DNA from: the human T2T-CHM13v2.0 reference genome, Homo sapiens
Assembly (NCBI RefSeq): GCF_009914755.1
Contig: NC_060940.1
Reading direction: 5' to 3' (one strand)
DNA: 64,000 nt
Shown here: piece after piece, positions 1 to 13,605 of the stretch
Layout of the letters: every line of letters begins with the position of its first letter
Position numbering within the stretch: the first letter of the stretch is position 1
Translations under genes and position numbers: made by a program
The notes under the pieces: generated by a model
The model's input: the letters and a program-made list of their open reading frames with translations, nothing else
Told to the model about the DNA's origin: nothing
Databases searched by the model: none

Positions 1-2029
1 TCTTTATGCTGAAGTTGACCTTTAGAGGTGTCTCACATATTGCTGGAATGATCCTGCTCTAGTTACATTGTCATGCTCAGTCACTGACTGGATTTGAAGC
101 AAATGTAGTGGTGGATCCAGAGAGATGGCAGCGGAATTGGTCATTCAGTTACATAACCTCCAGCAGATACTCTGAGCAGCACCTTTCCATGGTGAGAAAA
201 TGGTGCTTAAAGAGTCAGGAGTCGTCTGCAATGGACCTCTTTGACTTCCTGCTGTACGCTAGAATCTGCTTCAGTAGGTCAGTCGAAACAGGTGTAGACA
301 TCAGATCAGTTCTTCTCAGTGTCCGTGACACTTCTCAGGTCATGAAGAAGATAAACAGATTCTAGGTGTAAAGCCTGTGGTCACGCAATATTCATCAGAG
401 AAAACTTTGCTATTGGGAGTGGGAGTGAGAACAGTAAGGAACAGGTCTTATTTGATGATAGGGAATAAAGTAAACCTTCTCTATGCATGCTCATGACACT
501 CAAAGTGAATTCGATTTCCGGAAGGCTTCTTTCTGACTTTTGCTTTGAGAGTAATAATTTTGTTGCCCAGAGTCTCTAGATTATGGTTGATGTTTTCATT
601 CTCTGATCCTCTGCACACCCAATGAGTACAAATGTGGCCTGTGACATTCTTTCTTAAACTCTTAATGGCTGTGTGATGTTCAGAGTTTGCTTTCAACAGA
701 AGCTGCAGACTGCATGTACACTGTGCAGTTAACATCCAGGGGCACTCAAGGTTAATTAGAAATGGTAATAAGTTTAATCATGATGAACTCATTTAGTGCT
801 GATGTGGATGTCACCTGTAATTCCATAAAAATTCCATTGTAATTTAACATTAATTAATGTCCACTTATCAACGAGTGTTACAGCAAATTAGTAGAGAAAT
901 GACAAGTTATGTGCTTAAGAAATGCTTAATGGAAGAAAAATAAAACAGCATTTACTAGGTCATCTTAAAATGTGAACAGATCAAGACATCTTTATTATTT
1001 AAAATATGAGATTAAAATCAGGTAAAGTGGCAGTAATTAGGCAAGACTTTGACAATAATTTTTCTGAAAACTAATGGGGTTACAGCAAACATTAAGAATA
1101 TAGATTTGCCTGAATTACCATTTTTTAACATAAATTGACAGAGAAGAGATGGAGCTGTTCTTATCATTATCCTATAATAAGAGAAGCTGCTGAATCTTCA
1201 ATAATCATCATCATGAAGCAATGGTCTTATTCATGTAAAATAAAAGTATTTTTCTCCTTATGTAAAAATGTTATTAGCCATATTTGAAGGCATTATACTC
1301 AGATATCATTCTTCCATTTCTGTAAATGACAACCATTAAATGCAATCGTAGATACATGACAAGACTATTTTTATTACATCAAAAGGAAGAAAGGGATTAA
1401 AATGAATTTATTCAAAGGTGTGATTTGTCAATTTTTTTCCTTTATCAAGGCACAAATGGGACAGCTTTAAACCTAAACATTGAGATCTGACCTCATATTT
1501 GAATAAGTTAATGTGATCCGGTGTTCTTTGAGAAGTACTAAAGCCTCTCTTTTGTATTCGGAAATCCCAGGAGAAATTTTGGCTTTTAGGAGGTCAGCTC
1601 CAAGGTTCCATTTCTTTTCATCATTTTCCCTTTTATCATTTGTCAGTTCTTGACAGCTTAGGAGTCTTCTACGTGTCTGTGGCATGCAGTACAGTATGGA
1701 AAGAAATTTATAGAAAGTATTTCTTTCTTATTACCTAGATCTTTTAGAGCCATGTTATAACTGTTTAAAAAGCTTTTTCCTTAGGGAGAGAGAAATCATT
1801 CCAAATGCACAATTGAAATGCATACTTCAGAGAATAATATAGAGCTATCAAATTTTTGCTAAATTATTTTCAGATTTCAGTTATGAATTTGGGTTCATTA
1901 ATTTAGATATTATCATAAACATTTTAAATAATTTTTTCAAATCTGAAAAAAGACATAGTTATTAATGTCAGTAATGTCAGTAGAGTTTTTCTGGATCTAT
2001 TCATCAAGCCAGTTTTAGTTTTATAGACT

Positions 2030-2152
2030 TATTTTTTTTTTGGCCTTAAATATGTATTTCTGCTCTAAATACTCAATGGTGCCTGGGTTTTTTTATTTTT
2101 TATTTTTTTGCCTTAAACATGTATTTCTGCTCTAAACATTCAGTAGTGCCGG
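2030..2152 (+). repeat. Local tandem duplication (~68-bp period, 2 copies)
   Basis: gccttaaatatgtatttctgctctaaatactcaatggtgcc and gccttaaacatgtatttctgctctaaacattcagtagtgcc, each preceded by a T-tract. Confidence 0.85.
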
Positions 2153-2480
2153 CATATATGCTCAGATAAAAGAGAAGATATATTAATAACATAATACAAT
2201 AACTGACAGTAAATAGTGAGCTTGGAATATATTTTTACCTTTATAGCTATTTAAACATGGCAGATAAGGCTGGAGCCATTGGTGCTTAATTAAATTGGGA
2301 TAAAATGTGGACATTTTGACAGCACCATGGGGTACAAGTGAAAGGGAGTTCCCTAAAGTAAGAGAGTAGGTCATTCTTTTGCACCTATGAATTCTCATTT
2401 CTCAATATGGTGCCTAGAACTCATGAAACAATCAATGCATTTTTGTATTTTGAATGAAAACTGGAATTAAGTTCAGCATC

Positions 2481-4437
2481 TGTATTAGTCTGTTCTCATG
2501 CTGCTAATAAAGACATACCCAACACTGGCCAATTTACAAAGGAAAGAGGTTTAATTGACTCACAGTTTAGCATAGGCGGGGAGGCCTCAGGAAACTTACA
2601 ATCATGGCAGAAGGGGAAGTAAACACATCCTTCTTCACATGGCAGAAGCAAGGAGAAGTGCCAAGAAAAAGGGGGAAAAGCCCCCTTTTTATAAGGGTTT
2701 TATCCATCAGATCTCATGAGAACTCACTATCATGAGAACAGCATGAGGGTAACTGCCCCCATGATTCAATTACCTTCCACTGGGTCCCTCCCAAAACTTG
2801 TGGGGATTATCAATTCAAGATGAGATTTGGGTGGGGACACAGCCAAACCATATCAATTCAGCTCTGGCTCCTCCCAAATCTCATGTCCTCAATTTCAAAA
2901 CACAATCATGCCCTTCCAACAGTCTCCCAAAGTCAAGGCAAGTCCCTTCCACCTGTGAGCCTGTAAAATCAAAAGCAAGTTAATTACTTCCTAGATACAA
3001 TGGAGGTACAAGCATTGGATACATAAACCCATTTCAAATGAAAGAAATTGGCTAAAACAAAGGGGCTACATGACCCATGCACGTCTGAAATCCAACAGGG
3101 CAGTCATTAAACCTTAAAGTTCCAAAATAATGTTCTTTGACTCCATGTCTCAGATCCAAGTCTTGCTGATGCAAGCTCCACCCCTGTGTCTTTGCAGGGT
3201 ACAGCCCCCCTTCAGGCTGCCTTCATGACTGGCATTGAGTGTCTGCAGCTTTTCCAGGCACATGATACACGCTGTCAGTGAATCTACCATTCTGGGATCT
3301 GGAGATTCTTCAACCTCAATTCTTGACTTCTGTGCACCAACAAGCTCAATATGACATGAAAGCCACCAAGGCTTGGGGCTTGCATCTTCTGATGCAATGG
3401 CCCCTTTTAGCCACAGCTGGGACACAGGGCACCAAGTCCCAAGACTGCACAAAACAGCAATGCCATGGGTCCAGCCCACAAAACCATTTTTCCTCCTATG
3501 CCTCTGGTCCTGTGATGGGAGAGGCTGCTGTGAAAATCTCTGACATGCCCTGGAGACATTTTGCCCATTGTCTTGGCAATTAACATTTGGCTTCTCATTA
3601 CTCATGCAAATTTCTGCAGCGTGCTTGAACTTCTCCTCAGAATATGGGTTTTTCTTTTGTATCGCATGTCAGGCTGCAAATTTTCCAAACTTTTATGCTC
3701 TGCTTCCTTTATAAACGTAAGTTCCAATTCCAAGCCATCTCTCTCAAGGTCAAAATTCCACAGATCTCTAGGGCAGGGGCAAAATGCTGCCAGTCTCTTT
3801 GCTAAAGCATAACAAGAATGATCTTTGCTCCTGTTCCCAAGAAGTTTCTCATCTTCATCTGAGACCACCTTAGCCTGGCCTTCATTGTCCATATCACCAT
3901 CAGCATTTTGTTCAAAGCCATTCAACAAGTCTCTAGAAAGTTCCAAACTTTCCCACATTTTCCTATCTTGTTATGAGCCCTCTAAACTGTTTCAACCTCT
4001 ACCTGTTACCCAGTTTCAAAGTGGCTTTCACGTTTTCAGGTATCTTTACAGAAGCACCCCTCTCTCTGTGGTACCAATTTACTGTGTTAGTCCGTTCTCA
4101 TGCTGAAAATAAAGACATACCTGAGACTGGATATTTTATAAAGAGATTTAATTGATTCATAGTTTAGCATGGCTGGAGAGGCCTCAGAAAACTTAACAAT
4201 CATGGCAGAAGGGGAAGCAAGGAGAATGGAGGCAGCAAGGAGAAGTGCTCAGCAAAAGGGGGAGAAGCCCTTATAAAACCATCAAATTTAATGAGAACTC
4301 ACTATCATGAGAACATCACGAGTGTAATTGCCCCCATGATTTAATTACCTCCCACCAGGTCCCTCCATGACACATAGGGATTATGGGAACTACAATTCAA
4401 GGTGAGACTTGGCTGGGGACACAAGCAAACCATTTCA
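2481..4437 (-). mobile_element. THE1C (MaLR) provirus: LTR 2481-2855, internal region 2856-4082, LTR 4083-4437
   Basis: Two homologous LTRs (tgtattagtc...aaaccatatca; tgtgttagtc...aaaccatttca), THE1-int between them with the ggtaccaatttac junction, and a 5-bp TSD GCATC at 2476-2480 and 4438-4442. Confidence 0.95.
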
Positions 4438-4647
4438 GCATCATGTGTTGAAACATAGTATTTGAGAATTGAATTTTTGTTGATTATAATATTTTCCAAC
4501 CCCCATTAATTTTTCTATGAAGCCCTCAATTATATCTTTTCTCCACATATGGCTAGTTATTGGCATTGCTTTTGGTATTTTTGAATGCTCAAATGCTTGG
4601 ATGAATGAACTAATCAATCTCCCTAAAAACATGGTGGACTTTTTAAA

Positions 4648-5430
4648 AAATTGAGGTATTGCATATAGAATATTGCATAAACCTTCAGTACAGCTTACTG
4701 AATATTTACATGTGTTTACACTCATGTGACCACCACCTAGAACAAAATACGTACTATTTCTGTCATTCTGATAAGCTGTTTCTTTACTGCACTCAGTGAA
4801 TCAGCTCCCAAGATGTTATCACTTCTGACCACATTCACTGTGGAATAATTTTATGCATATATTAGACTGGATTCATATAAATAAAATTGTGTGTCTAGCT
4901 TTTCTTTCTTTCAAGATTATGTCTGAGATTATGTCCTCCATGATGTCACGTGCAGCAGTAGTACATCCCTTTCATCACTATGTAGATCACTATGTGGATT
5001 CTATTTTATAAATATACAACAATTGATTTATCTATTCATTTTTTTCCAATTTTCAGTTATATATAACATTGCTAAAAATAATTTTGTACAATTACAAAAT
5101 GTGCTCATAAGTATTAGTTTCTTTTGGGTATATACTCAGGCATGAAATGACTTTTTTTACACGTATATGTATATATGCATGTAAACATGTTTTCAGTGGT
5201 TTTATGTGTATAAATATATCTACATATACTATATAGATATCTGTATATAAATATACCATACATGTATATAGCCAGTTTCTGAAAATCATTGTACTTTCGC
5301 TTTTACTTTCAGTTCTCATTCACTAGTGCATGAGTGATTTTCCATATCCTCACTAACAATTGGTATGGACAGTCTTTTTAATTTTTGTCATGATATAGAG
5401 GATGAATAGTATCTCATTGTAAACTTGTTT
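4648..5430 (-). mobile_element. Old L1M (L1ME/MD-type) 3' fragment
   Basis: Degenerate antisense L1 3' motifs (aattgaggta...catgtgaccaccacc; ttttgggtatatactcagg; ccatatcctcactaaca; agtatctcattgt). Confidence 0.7.
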
Positions 5431-6104
5431 GCATGCATGCATACACACATGAATCATCCAACTATATCTTCCAAAGAAGTGAAGTTTCTATTTTTTTACC
5501 ATCCCAATGACTGGAAACCCAATTACCACTATATATCTTTGAGTTAAAAACAAAATAAAACCAAAAGCTGCATTGTAGTGTACTAAAATCTCTCAAATGT
5601 GCTTTATACCAAACCACTGATATATTTCTGTTTAGAATGCCCCTAGCATGCTCAAAAATAAAATTATAATTAATAGCTGCTCAATAAAATTTCAGATCTC
5701 GTATCTCCTTCAGTTTGATTTTGATATTCCTCTTCTCTCTGTTTCTTGTCACAATGTACTTACATCTATTGAGGGGCTTGGTATTCTGTGTTACAGTTAA
5801 TTCTCTATTTATCTGACTCTTTCACTGGACTGAGTATCAGCCAGACAAATACCATGTGTGACTTTATATTGTTTACTCTGTGTCTTGCAAAATATTTGGT
5901 TTGATAAGAGCTCCAGAAGCTTTTGCACAATGAATAATCATCAAGTTCATTGACTCTTCACCTTACCTTTTACAAGCTCTCTGTCCATATGTAGAGAAGA
6001 TGAAAGGGAAGGACAGAATAAGAGAAGAGAGACCTTAATGTCTTATGGTCTTATTTAATTCCCCCATATTCTTACAATCAATTTCATATCTCACCTTGAT
6101 TGAT

Positions 6105-6170
6105 GAGGTGACCTATAATATATTATTCAAATGATGATACTTTTGAGGGTGAAAGGGACATCTTAAGATG
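6105..6170. mobile_element. MER94-like hAT-Blackjack fragment
   Basis: ggtgacctataatatattattcaaatgatgatacttttgagggtgaaaggg resembles the MER94 terminus. Confidence 0.5.
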
Positions 6171-6639
6171 GGATTTTGGAAAAAGAGATATAATCTGTTT
6201 ACATATAGTAAAGAATACAGATCTGAAGTGGTTTGTGCTTAAGCGAGTTTGAATGGTTTTCTATTTCTTGCACCCCAAACAGCCTTGATAAGCTACAAAC
6301 ATGTTTTTGCTATTGCATGATCCTCTAGATACTTACAGAACCTCTCAGAACTGGAATGATTTTTAGGGGCAGATTTGCTGTATGAGTCATAAGATGACAC
6401 TTAGATGAAAATCACATAATTTGAGATCCCGTCAAATATAAATCATTAAGGATTAGCCTGGTAGCCCCACTCTCAAGATCCCATTGGATCCAACTACATA
6501 TCCCACCTGAAGATTTATGAGCTTCAAATACTCAGCTGTTTCTACCTGAAAATGTCTGCTAATAATATGTAAGTGAAAGAATACGGTAAGACCTACAGAA
6601 TTTTGAAAAGCGAGAGGAGATGTGGGCTTTCTCTTAGAT

Positions 6640-6935
6640 CTAATAGCCCTCATCTGCAGTTTTAGTTACTGAAGATCCACTGCAGTCTGAAAATAGATAA
6701 GTATGCTACAATAGGATATTCTGAGAGAGAGAGTCACATGTATATGATTTTTATAGTATATTGTTATTCTATTTTGTTACTAGTTATTGTTGCTAATATC
6801 TTACTGTGCCAAATTAAACTTTATCATAGCATATATGTATAGGAGAAAATGTAGTGTATAGAGGGTTTGGTACATTCCACAGTTCCAGACATTCACTGGG
6901 GGACTTAGAACATATCCCTATGGATAAGAGGGAAG
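6640..6935. mobile_element. MER44A-like Tigger DNA transposon (MITE)
   Basis: Matches recalled consensus: tctgaaaatagataagta...ttactgtgcc...ttaaactttatcatag...gggtttggtac...cactgggggacttagaacatatccc...ggataagaggg. Confidence 0.8.
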
Positions 6936-8556
6936 TGTTTGTGGTTAAGAATTTGGAATATGCCAGGCTTTGTGGAATAATCTAAGAAAGCTAATCCAGA
7001 AACATAGTATAAAGACTAAGCTTTAGAGTCTGTATATTCTGAAAAACGAAAATAATAAAAATAACAAAATAAATATTTAAGAGGTGTGTGGATTTCCCCT
7101 GGAGAAAAAGGAAGTCAAGAGGTTTCTTTGCAAACTGTTTCTCACTCGATAGAAGGCAGAGTAGGTACTGAGGGTAGCTCTACAGAAGAAAAATGTGAGC
7201 TGGAATCTTAAAAGGATTTTTCTTAAAAAAAAACTGTTTCATATATCTGGACTAGGAAAGAGTTATCCCGGAGACTAAATATGAGACCCTCAAAAGTTTA
7301 CTCAGCTGTCATTTCCCACAGAGAGTGTTAGGAGGCCTCATTGTATCCTGTCTTATTACTTGCTCATGTATCACTGGCTATTCAGGCAATTTACAATTTT
7401 ATCTAGGACTTCTCCACATTTATTTTTATTCTTTCCTTGTGACAGCTGAGAAACCCACACATGTTTTATAACTCTTCCAGAGTCTTGTAATACAATCATT
7501 TTCTGTATGCATTTCCTCTCTAGACTATTAACTGTCAAGATGAGACTCTTTGGTAATCATCTTGTTTCTGTGTACACAATAGTATGGGTAAAACATTATA
7601 AGGGCTAAACAAACCTTTCCTGAATAAGTGAGACAATAAGTAAATTAACCTTCCTAAACTGAGTATTCATTTTTGTTTATCATAAAAAATTTAAAGAAAA
7701 GACCAGATAATTTCTAAGTATACCACCAACTTTCACATTTGGTGTGCCAATATTCTCTAAATAAATTGAAAATACACTATCAAAGACTAAAATAACTTGC
7801 TTTGATTAAAAACAAACAAACATTGAAAGCCCTCTGTTTCCATTTTACCTTTACTGTATTAACATTTTAAACCCTGGAAGTTGTACATGAACATTAGAGA
7901 GTCATTTTAAAGGAAGTATTTATGATTGAATGGGAAATGCTAGAAGGTAGAAATTTCAAATAACTTTATAGTGTTACTGCATTTAAAAATTGTCATTAAT
8001 TTTCAACAATGGGTTGTTTTATATGCATGACACCCTATCTTCAAGTGCTGAGAAATAAAATTAGCACTTGTATAATGACACAGAGTTTACAGAGCAGTTT
8101 TCTTATGCACTAATTCATTGCTTTTCGAATATTCTTCAGGAGAAAAGTATTTTGTAATAAAATTCTGTTACTTTTAAATCTTGTCTGTGATCCTAAGGCT
8201 AAAACTATGTCAAATGGAGCTACTCTGCATGGAAAAAGACCAGGAATCTTGCGACCCCAATCATTTGGTCTTGCACTCACTGCTTCAGTGCATTTTGCCA
8301 TGCTTTCAGTAAACCCTTGGGCTCAGTGAAACCCAGTTTTAATGTCATTAACCCTATAGCAATGGTTTAAGGATCTGTTTGATTGAATAGCAGACTAAGG
8401 TCGGAGAGATTAAGGATTTGCTCAAAGTTACAAGGCCAATATATAGTGAAGATAGGATAAGTCCACATATTCAGACAGCAACTCTGATACCTGTCAGTTC
8501 ACGAAAATTGAATATGAAGACTTTAAAGGCAGTCCACTTAACCTTCTTTCCACTAG

Positions 8557-8941
<385 letters not shown>

Positions 8942-9802
8942 AAGGGGCACTCTTAACGAAGAAATTTTTTTTTTTTTCTCCACACTTCCATGAAGTGCTA
9001 GCCTATTTCTCTTTTCTAACTTGTTTCCCTCTAAGGCAAAATACATGGACAGATAGGTGACAGCCAAACATTTGCAAATCATATTTTCTGTGCCAGCTTG
9101 GAAATCGGTTTCAGATTCCTACTCAAATGAGGCACTCCTAACTCTGCTTCTTCTTTTAGACTATTTGAGCACAGATGTAATGGCTTCTCTTAGGCTTCCA
9201 GTTCCTGTGCTATATGCAAGCAAGCTAGGTCTCATGGTTTCAGCTCTTTATCTTGGCTAGATTTCCTACCTAACGTTAGCTGCAAATTATGTGGAACTTC
9301 TCAGTGGATGTGATTTTCTTCCCTTGGGGAAGAAGAAATTGAGTGATGAAGAAACAGAAGAGGAAGTAGGGTGTACCTTGTTTACATCATGCACAAACCA
9401 TATTCTTCATTATAGATTTTCCAGTAATGATTAATACTTATAAATGGGTAATTATAAATCTTAAATACTTATAAATCTCCATATGGCATCTGCCATCCAC
9501 TCTTCATTGGTTAGAACCTAGATGAAGAAGCGTAAATAATTGGCATTCCTTATTGTTGATGCTTTCACAAATAAAATCAAATAATTACTAAAATATCTGA
9601 AGCAGAGATCCTAACATATGAGAATTCCACCAGGAATTAATTTCATTTTGTTTACTATTTTTAGTGAGAGATTGCAGCCAGAATCAAGTCAAAGGCAGAG
9701 ACAGAGGTGATCTTTTAAAAATAACTTTTCTTGTCTTTGTAGAAATAGGTGAATGGCCTTTTATTTTAGTGGTGTAATTATTAAGTCAGTAAGCTGAATT
9801 TT

Positions 9803-9922
9803 TATATATATATGTATGTATGTGTATATATATATAAATATATATATGTATGTGTATATATATATGTATGTATGTGTATATATATCTCTCTCTCAAAAGT
9901 TAAAACTTCACTCAGAAGGTGA

Positions 9923-9978
<56 letters not shown>

Positions 9979-9990
9979 CACACACACATA
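9803..9990. repeat. Compound microsatellite: (TA/TG)n-(TC)n, spacer, (TA)22-(CA)n
   Basis: Directly visible dinucleotide arrays; pure TA run 9927-9970. Confidence 0.95.
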
Positions 9991-10065
9991 TTCATTGAAG
10001 AAAATATCTTTCTTTCTGGAAAGAATACTATTATTGAACAATAGCTTATTTTATGTCAAAAATGA

Positions 10066-10387
10066 GGTCCAGTCTCAGTGGGTCATGCCCCTAATCCCAG
10101 CCCTTTGAGAGACTGAAGCAGGAGAGTAACTTGCACCCAGGAGTTCAAGACCATTGTGGGCAACAAAGTGAGACCAACCCCATCTCTACCAATAATTTTT
10201 TTAAAACAATAGACAGGCATTGTGTTGTCCATCTGTAGTCCCAGCTACCCAAGAGGCTGAGGTAGGAGGATTGCTTGAGTCCAGGAAGTTGAGGCTGCAA
10301 TAAGTCATGATTGTTCCACTGCATTACAGCCTGGAGATAATGAGCAAGAGCAAGACCCCATCTACAAAATTTTTAAAAATAAATAAA
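10066..10387 (+). mobile_element. AluJ (highly diverged)
   Basis: Dimeric Alu with J diagnostics (ttgcacccaggagttcaagacc; ggaggattgcttgagtccagg; gaggctgca). Confidence 0.9.
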
Positions 10388-10431
10388 TTGAGAAAACAAG
10401 CTCAGGTTTTAGGAAAGAGTTATTTGGGGAT

Positions 10432-10912
10432 TGTATCAGGCAGTTTGCAACTGACCATATAGCATTGTCACATTCTCATTTTATTTCATGCCACCAACTT
10501 AGAGCTACTAAGATCTGCAACTTCCTACTGGCTGGTTTCTTTTGGCTATGGGAGCATGCTCTCCTATCTGCATGGCAGAATGGAAGTGCTGTAGCACTAG
10601 CCCCACCCAGGAGCAGCTATTAAGCAATGACTGACAAGAATTGTGTAAATTTCTCAGCTTCTTCACCCCTCAAGTGCGGTAAGTGTGAGGCCAGTATCTA
10701 TACTCTGTATCAGAGTTCCCCAGTAGAATTCAGCTCTAGTTACCTTGAGTGATAACTTGCTTCATCACACACCAGTCTTCGGACTCCCCCATTTTCTGTC
10801 TTATTTTGTTATGCACTTACCAGCATTCCATAAAATCACATCCAAATATATTACTTACAATCAGGTTATTGGTTTTGTAGAGTCTTGTTCTGAAGCAATC
10901 CAAATGAAAACA
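10432..10912 (+). mobile_element. LTR16-family (ERVL) solo LTR
   Basis: tg...ca termini; gcagctattaagcaatgactgaca and the 3' end atcacatccaaatatattacttac...tctgaagcaatccaaatgaaaaca are typical of LTR16. Confidence 0.7.
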
Positions 10913-11842
10913 GGTTAAAATGATTCTGGGTTCTTGTTCACCAGGGAGAAACCGGGAACACTGTGATTCTAGAATTTTTTAAGGGGGATCCTTGGTCACC
11001 TGGGTCCAGAACGTGCCCTGGGAAATGGCTGTGTGTTTAAATTTTGATAGAGAAGGAATGGGTTAGTTAAGAGTGGCCATATATATAGCTCAGACATATC
11101 TGGATGTAAAGGCCTTTTGATTCAACTTAGAAAAAGGAAATCAAATTGCTTGGAAGAACATGTGCCAACGTTTTTCTTTCCAGAATACTGGAAAGCAACT
11201 GGAGCCTTGGGCTCAATGTACTGCCATGAATTAGACTCAAACTTCCAGAACATCATTACTCTTATGTGACAGTCTTGACCAATTTGGATTGTAGCTGTTT
11301 TTAATTAGGCTGACAGTGGCGAGAAGGCAATCCACCTCATGGAGAGGCTTTCTCTTTAGAATGTGCATATCTATCACCTGTGAATGCCATAGAATTCAGA
11401 AATTCTCCAAGCTTTTGTTTTTCACTCTAGATTTGCAAAGTACAGTATATACTTTCATCTCCATCACACAAGGGAGGACATGACAGGTTGTATCCATCTG
11501 AAGATACTTAAAGGCAGCTCACAGTTCTCTGTATAAATAATGGAAATAAGGAAGGACAATGGGATTGTGAACTTCCCACTATTATAAGCACTTTGTGGAC
11601 TAAGGCTGCACAGTCTTTTGTGTTGACATAGGACACAGTCTGGCTACCAAAGTCCTTTTATGCATCTCCTGGAACCAAATTCTAGTGAAACTGAACTATT
11701 GTTAATAAATATATCTTTAATTTCTCTGATACTCTGCATTTATTAAAACGTATTTATCTATGTCAAATTTATGTGGCATATATATAATTCAAATTTTACC
11801 AATTAGTAGTCAACCCTTAGGTGAAGAAATTTTTGATACTTA

Positions 11843-11950
11843 TATCAAATATTTGTTGAGCACTTATGATGTGTCAGTTACTGAGTTAAGTATGAAGGAT
11901 AAAGCAATGAAGGCAGAAGTTCCTTTAGTTCAGGGAGCTTACAGTCCAGA
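11843..11950 (-). mobile_element. L2 3' end fragment
   Basis: caaatatttgttgagcacttatgatgtgtcag...ggagcttacagtc. Confidence 0.65.
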
Positions 11951-12557
11951 TGTGCAAAACATTAACAGATACTTACTATTAAAGGCAATTTAGACAAAAT
12001 TAAACACGATACAAAATGACAAGTATTTAAGCCAAAGTAAATTTCCTCTAGGTCTTATGATTGCCAACCTTCTTGATAAATTTGGTCCACATAATTTATA
12101 ATATTCTAAGTTAAAATAATTACTAGTTTGATATTAACCAACTATCTAAATGCTTTATTACTATATGACTTAGCTCCTGTCTAAGAACTCAATCTTCTGC
12201 CAGGATCCTGATAACCTCTATACTCTGATCAATCTGAACCAATTCCATTTCCTAGAATAGTCTTTCCTTTATCCTTCTCTACCTTTGTAATTGCTATTTA
12301 TCCTGTTTAATTTCAGTGATGTCCCCTACCTTTGTCTTCTTGGCAAACTACCATTCATCATTCAAGATCCCAAGCAAACACTACTTATTAGATTGCATAT
12401 TGCCCCTGTCATATCCATTTTCTTCTGTACTCTAAGCACTTTCCACGTCTGTAATTTCAATCACACTACCCGTTGCATAGCTCATTACAGCACATGCAAC
12501 ACTCATTTGCAATTATGTACAAGTTTTGTTCATTCTTAAACTATGAGTTGTTTAGAA

Positions 12558-12731
12558 CGAGACTTCTCAAACTTGAGTGTGTATAGGGGATCACCAGTAA
12601 GATCTTGTGAAAATATGTATTCTGATTCAATAGGTCTGGGATGGGGTCTGTGATTCTGCATTTCTAGCAAGCTCCCAGGTAATGCTGATATTTGATGCTG
12701 TAGGTCCTTGGACCACACTTTGAGTAGTGAG
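12558..12731. mobile_element. MER5A1 hAT-Charlie
   Basis: cttctcaaactt...tctgattcaataggtctggg...gcatttctagcaagctcccagg...ggaccacactttgagtag. Confidence 0.85.
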
Positions 12732-13459
12732 ACTTTAAAAGTTACTTATTTCTATTTGTTTCTCAACTTCCTGGCATTGAATTTGGTGCTTTATAGGTAC
12801 ATCAGTGTTTATATATAAATAAACGGTTCGATGGGCATGCTGTCATCCATTCATAAATCTCCAATGCCAAATGGTAAAACTCCTTGGAATTCTTTATTTT
12901 CTCTGAGACATTCTTGAATATTGTATGCACTTGGGGCTTTCTCTAATCAGAAAGATATAAAATACGGTGATAAAATTGTAGCTGAGGTTTGCAAAGTGAC
13001 TGGTCAGAGTTGTAAATTAAAAGGTAAAATGTTTCTGTCATATTTAACTTTTGAAGCATAGTAATATATTAAAGAAACACACATATATCCAATACTATAA
13101 TTAAATTTTAACTCATAAAAAATAATCAACTCCCTACAGGAACAGAACATTTTCAGTTAAAAAGCTACTTATAATTTCTATAGCCATACAATGTTGAATG
13201 TGCTGTTTGATCTTTTAACAACTTTATTTTAAAATATTCACAAAAGAGTGGTAATTAAATTACATCGGTGCCATGGTAACCACTGCATTAAATATGCTTA
13301 GATCCTGTGTTCTAGCAGTTTGCTAGGAAAAAGGGGTATTCTATTCTGTGACAATCAGAAATGGTGAGTGTTTAGGTCAACCTCCATGAGCCTGTCAGAA
13401 AAGGATGAGACTATATGACTGAAGTTGGATAGGGATGGCAGGCAGATGAGTCCTACGGC

Positions 13460-13605
13460 AGAGTAGAAGCTACCTTGGACTGAGCATCAAAAGTCTCAGT
13501 TTTAGTTTGGGCTTTCCAACTGACTAGTTGTGCATTTTTAGATAAATTGCTTAATTTCTCTTAGTTGCAAACTCCTCATGTGTAAAATGAAAAGGCTGAA
13601 CACAG
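13460..13605 (+). mobile_element. MIR fragment
   Basis: Degenerate MIR core actagttgtg...ttaatttctc...cctcatgtgtaaaatg. Confidence 0.6.

Noticed and set aside
1-430. ORF 108-365 and a possible minus-strand exon after the acceptor-like ctcactcccactcccaatag
   Set aside because: All three minus frames hit stops within ~25 codons; the plus ORF starts at GTG and resembles no protein I know
2570-2590. PRDM9 hotspot motif in the THE1 LTRs
   Set aside because: The corresponding positions (aggcggggagg; ggctggagagg) do not give the CCTCCCT core of the active THE1A/B motif
3150-4155. Cluster of overlapping ORFs up to 151 aa
   Set aside because: They lie in the decayed THE1 internal region and are fragments of MaLR sequence, not a host gene
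9802-10041. YI/HT-repeat ORFs (also 52566-53089)
   Set aside because: Translations of TA/CA microsatellites
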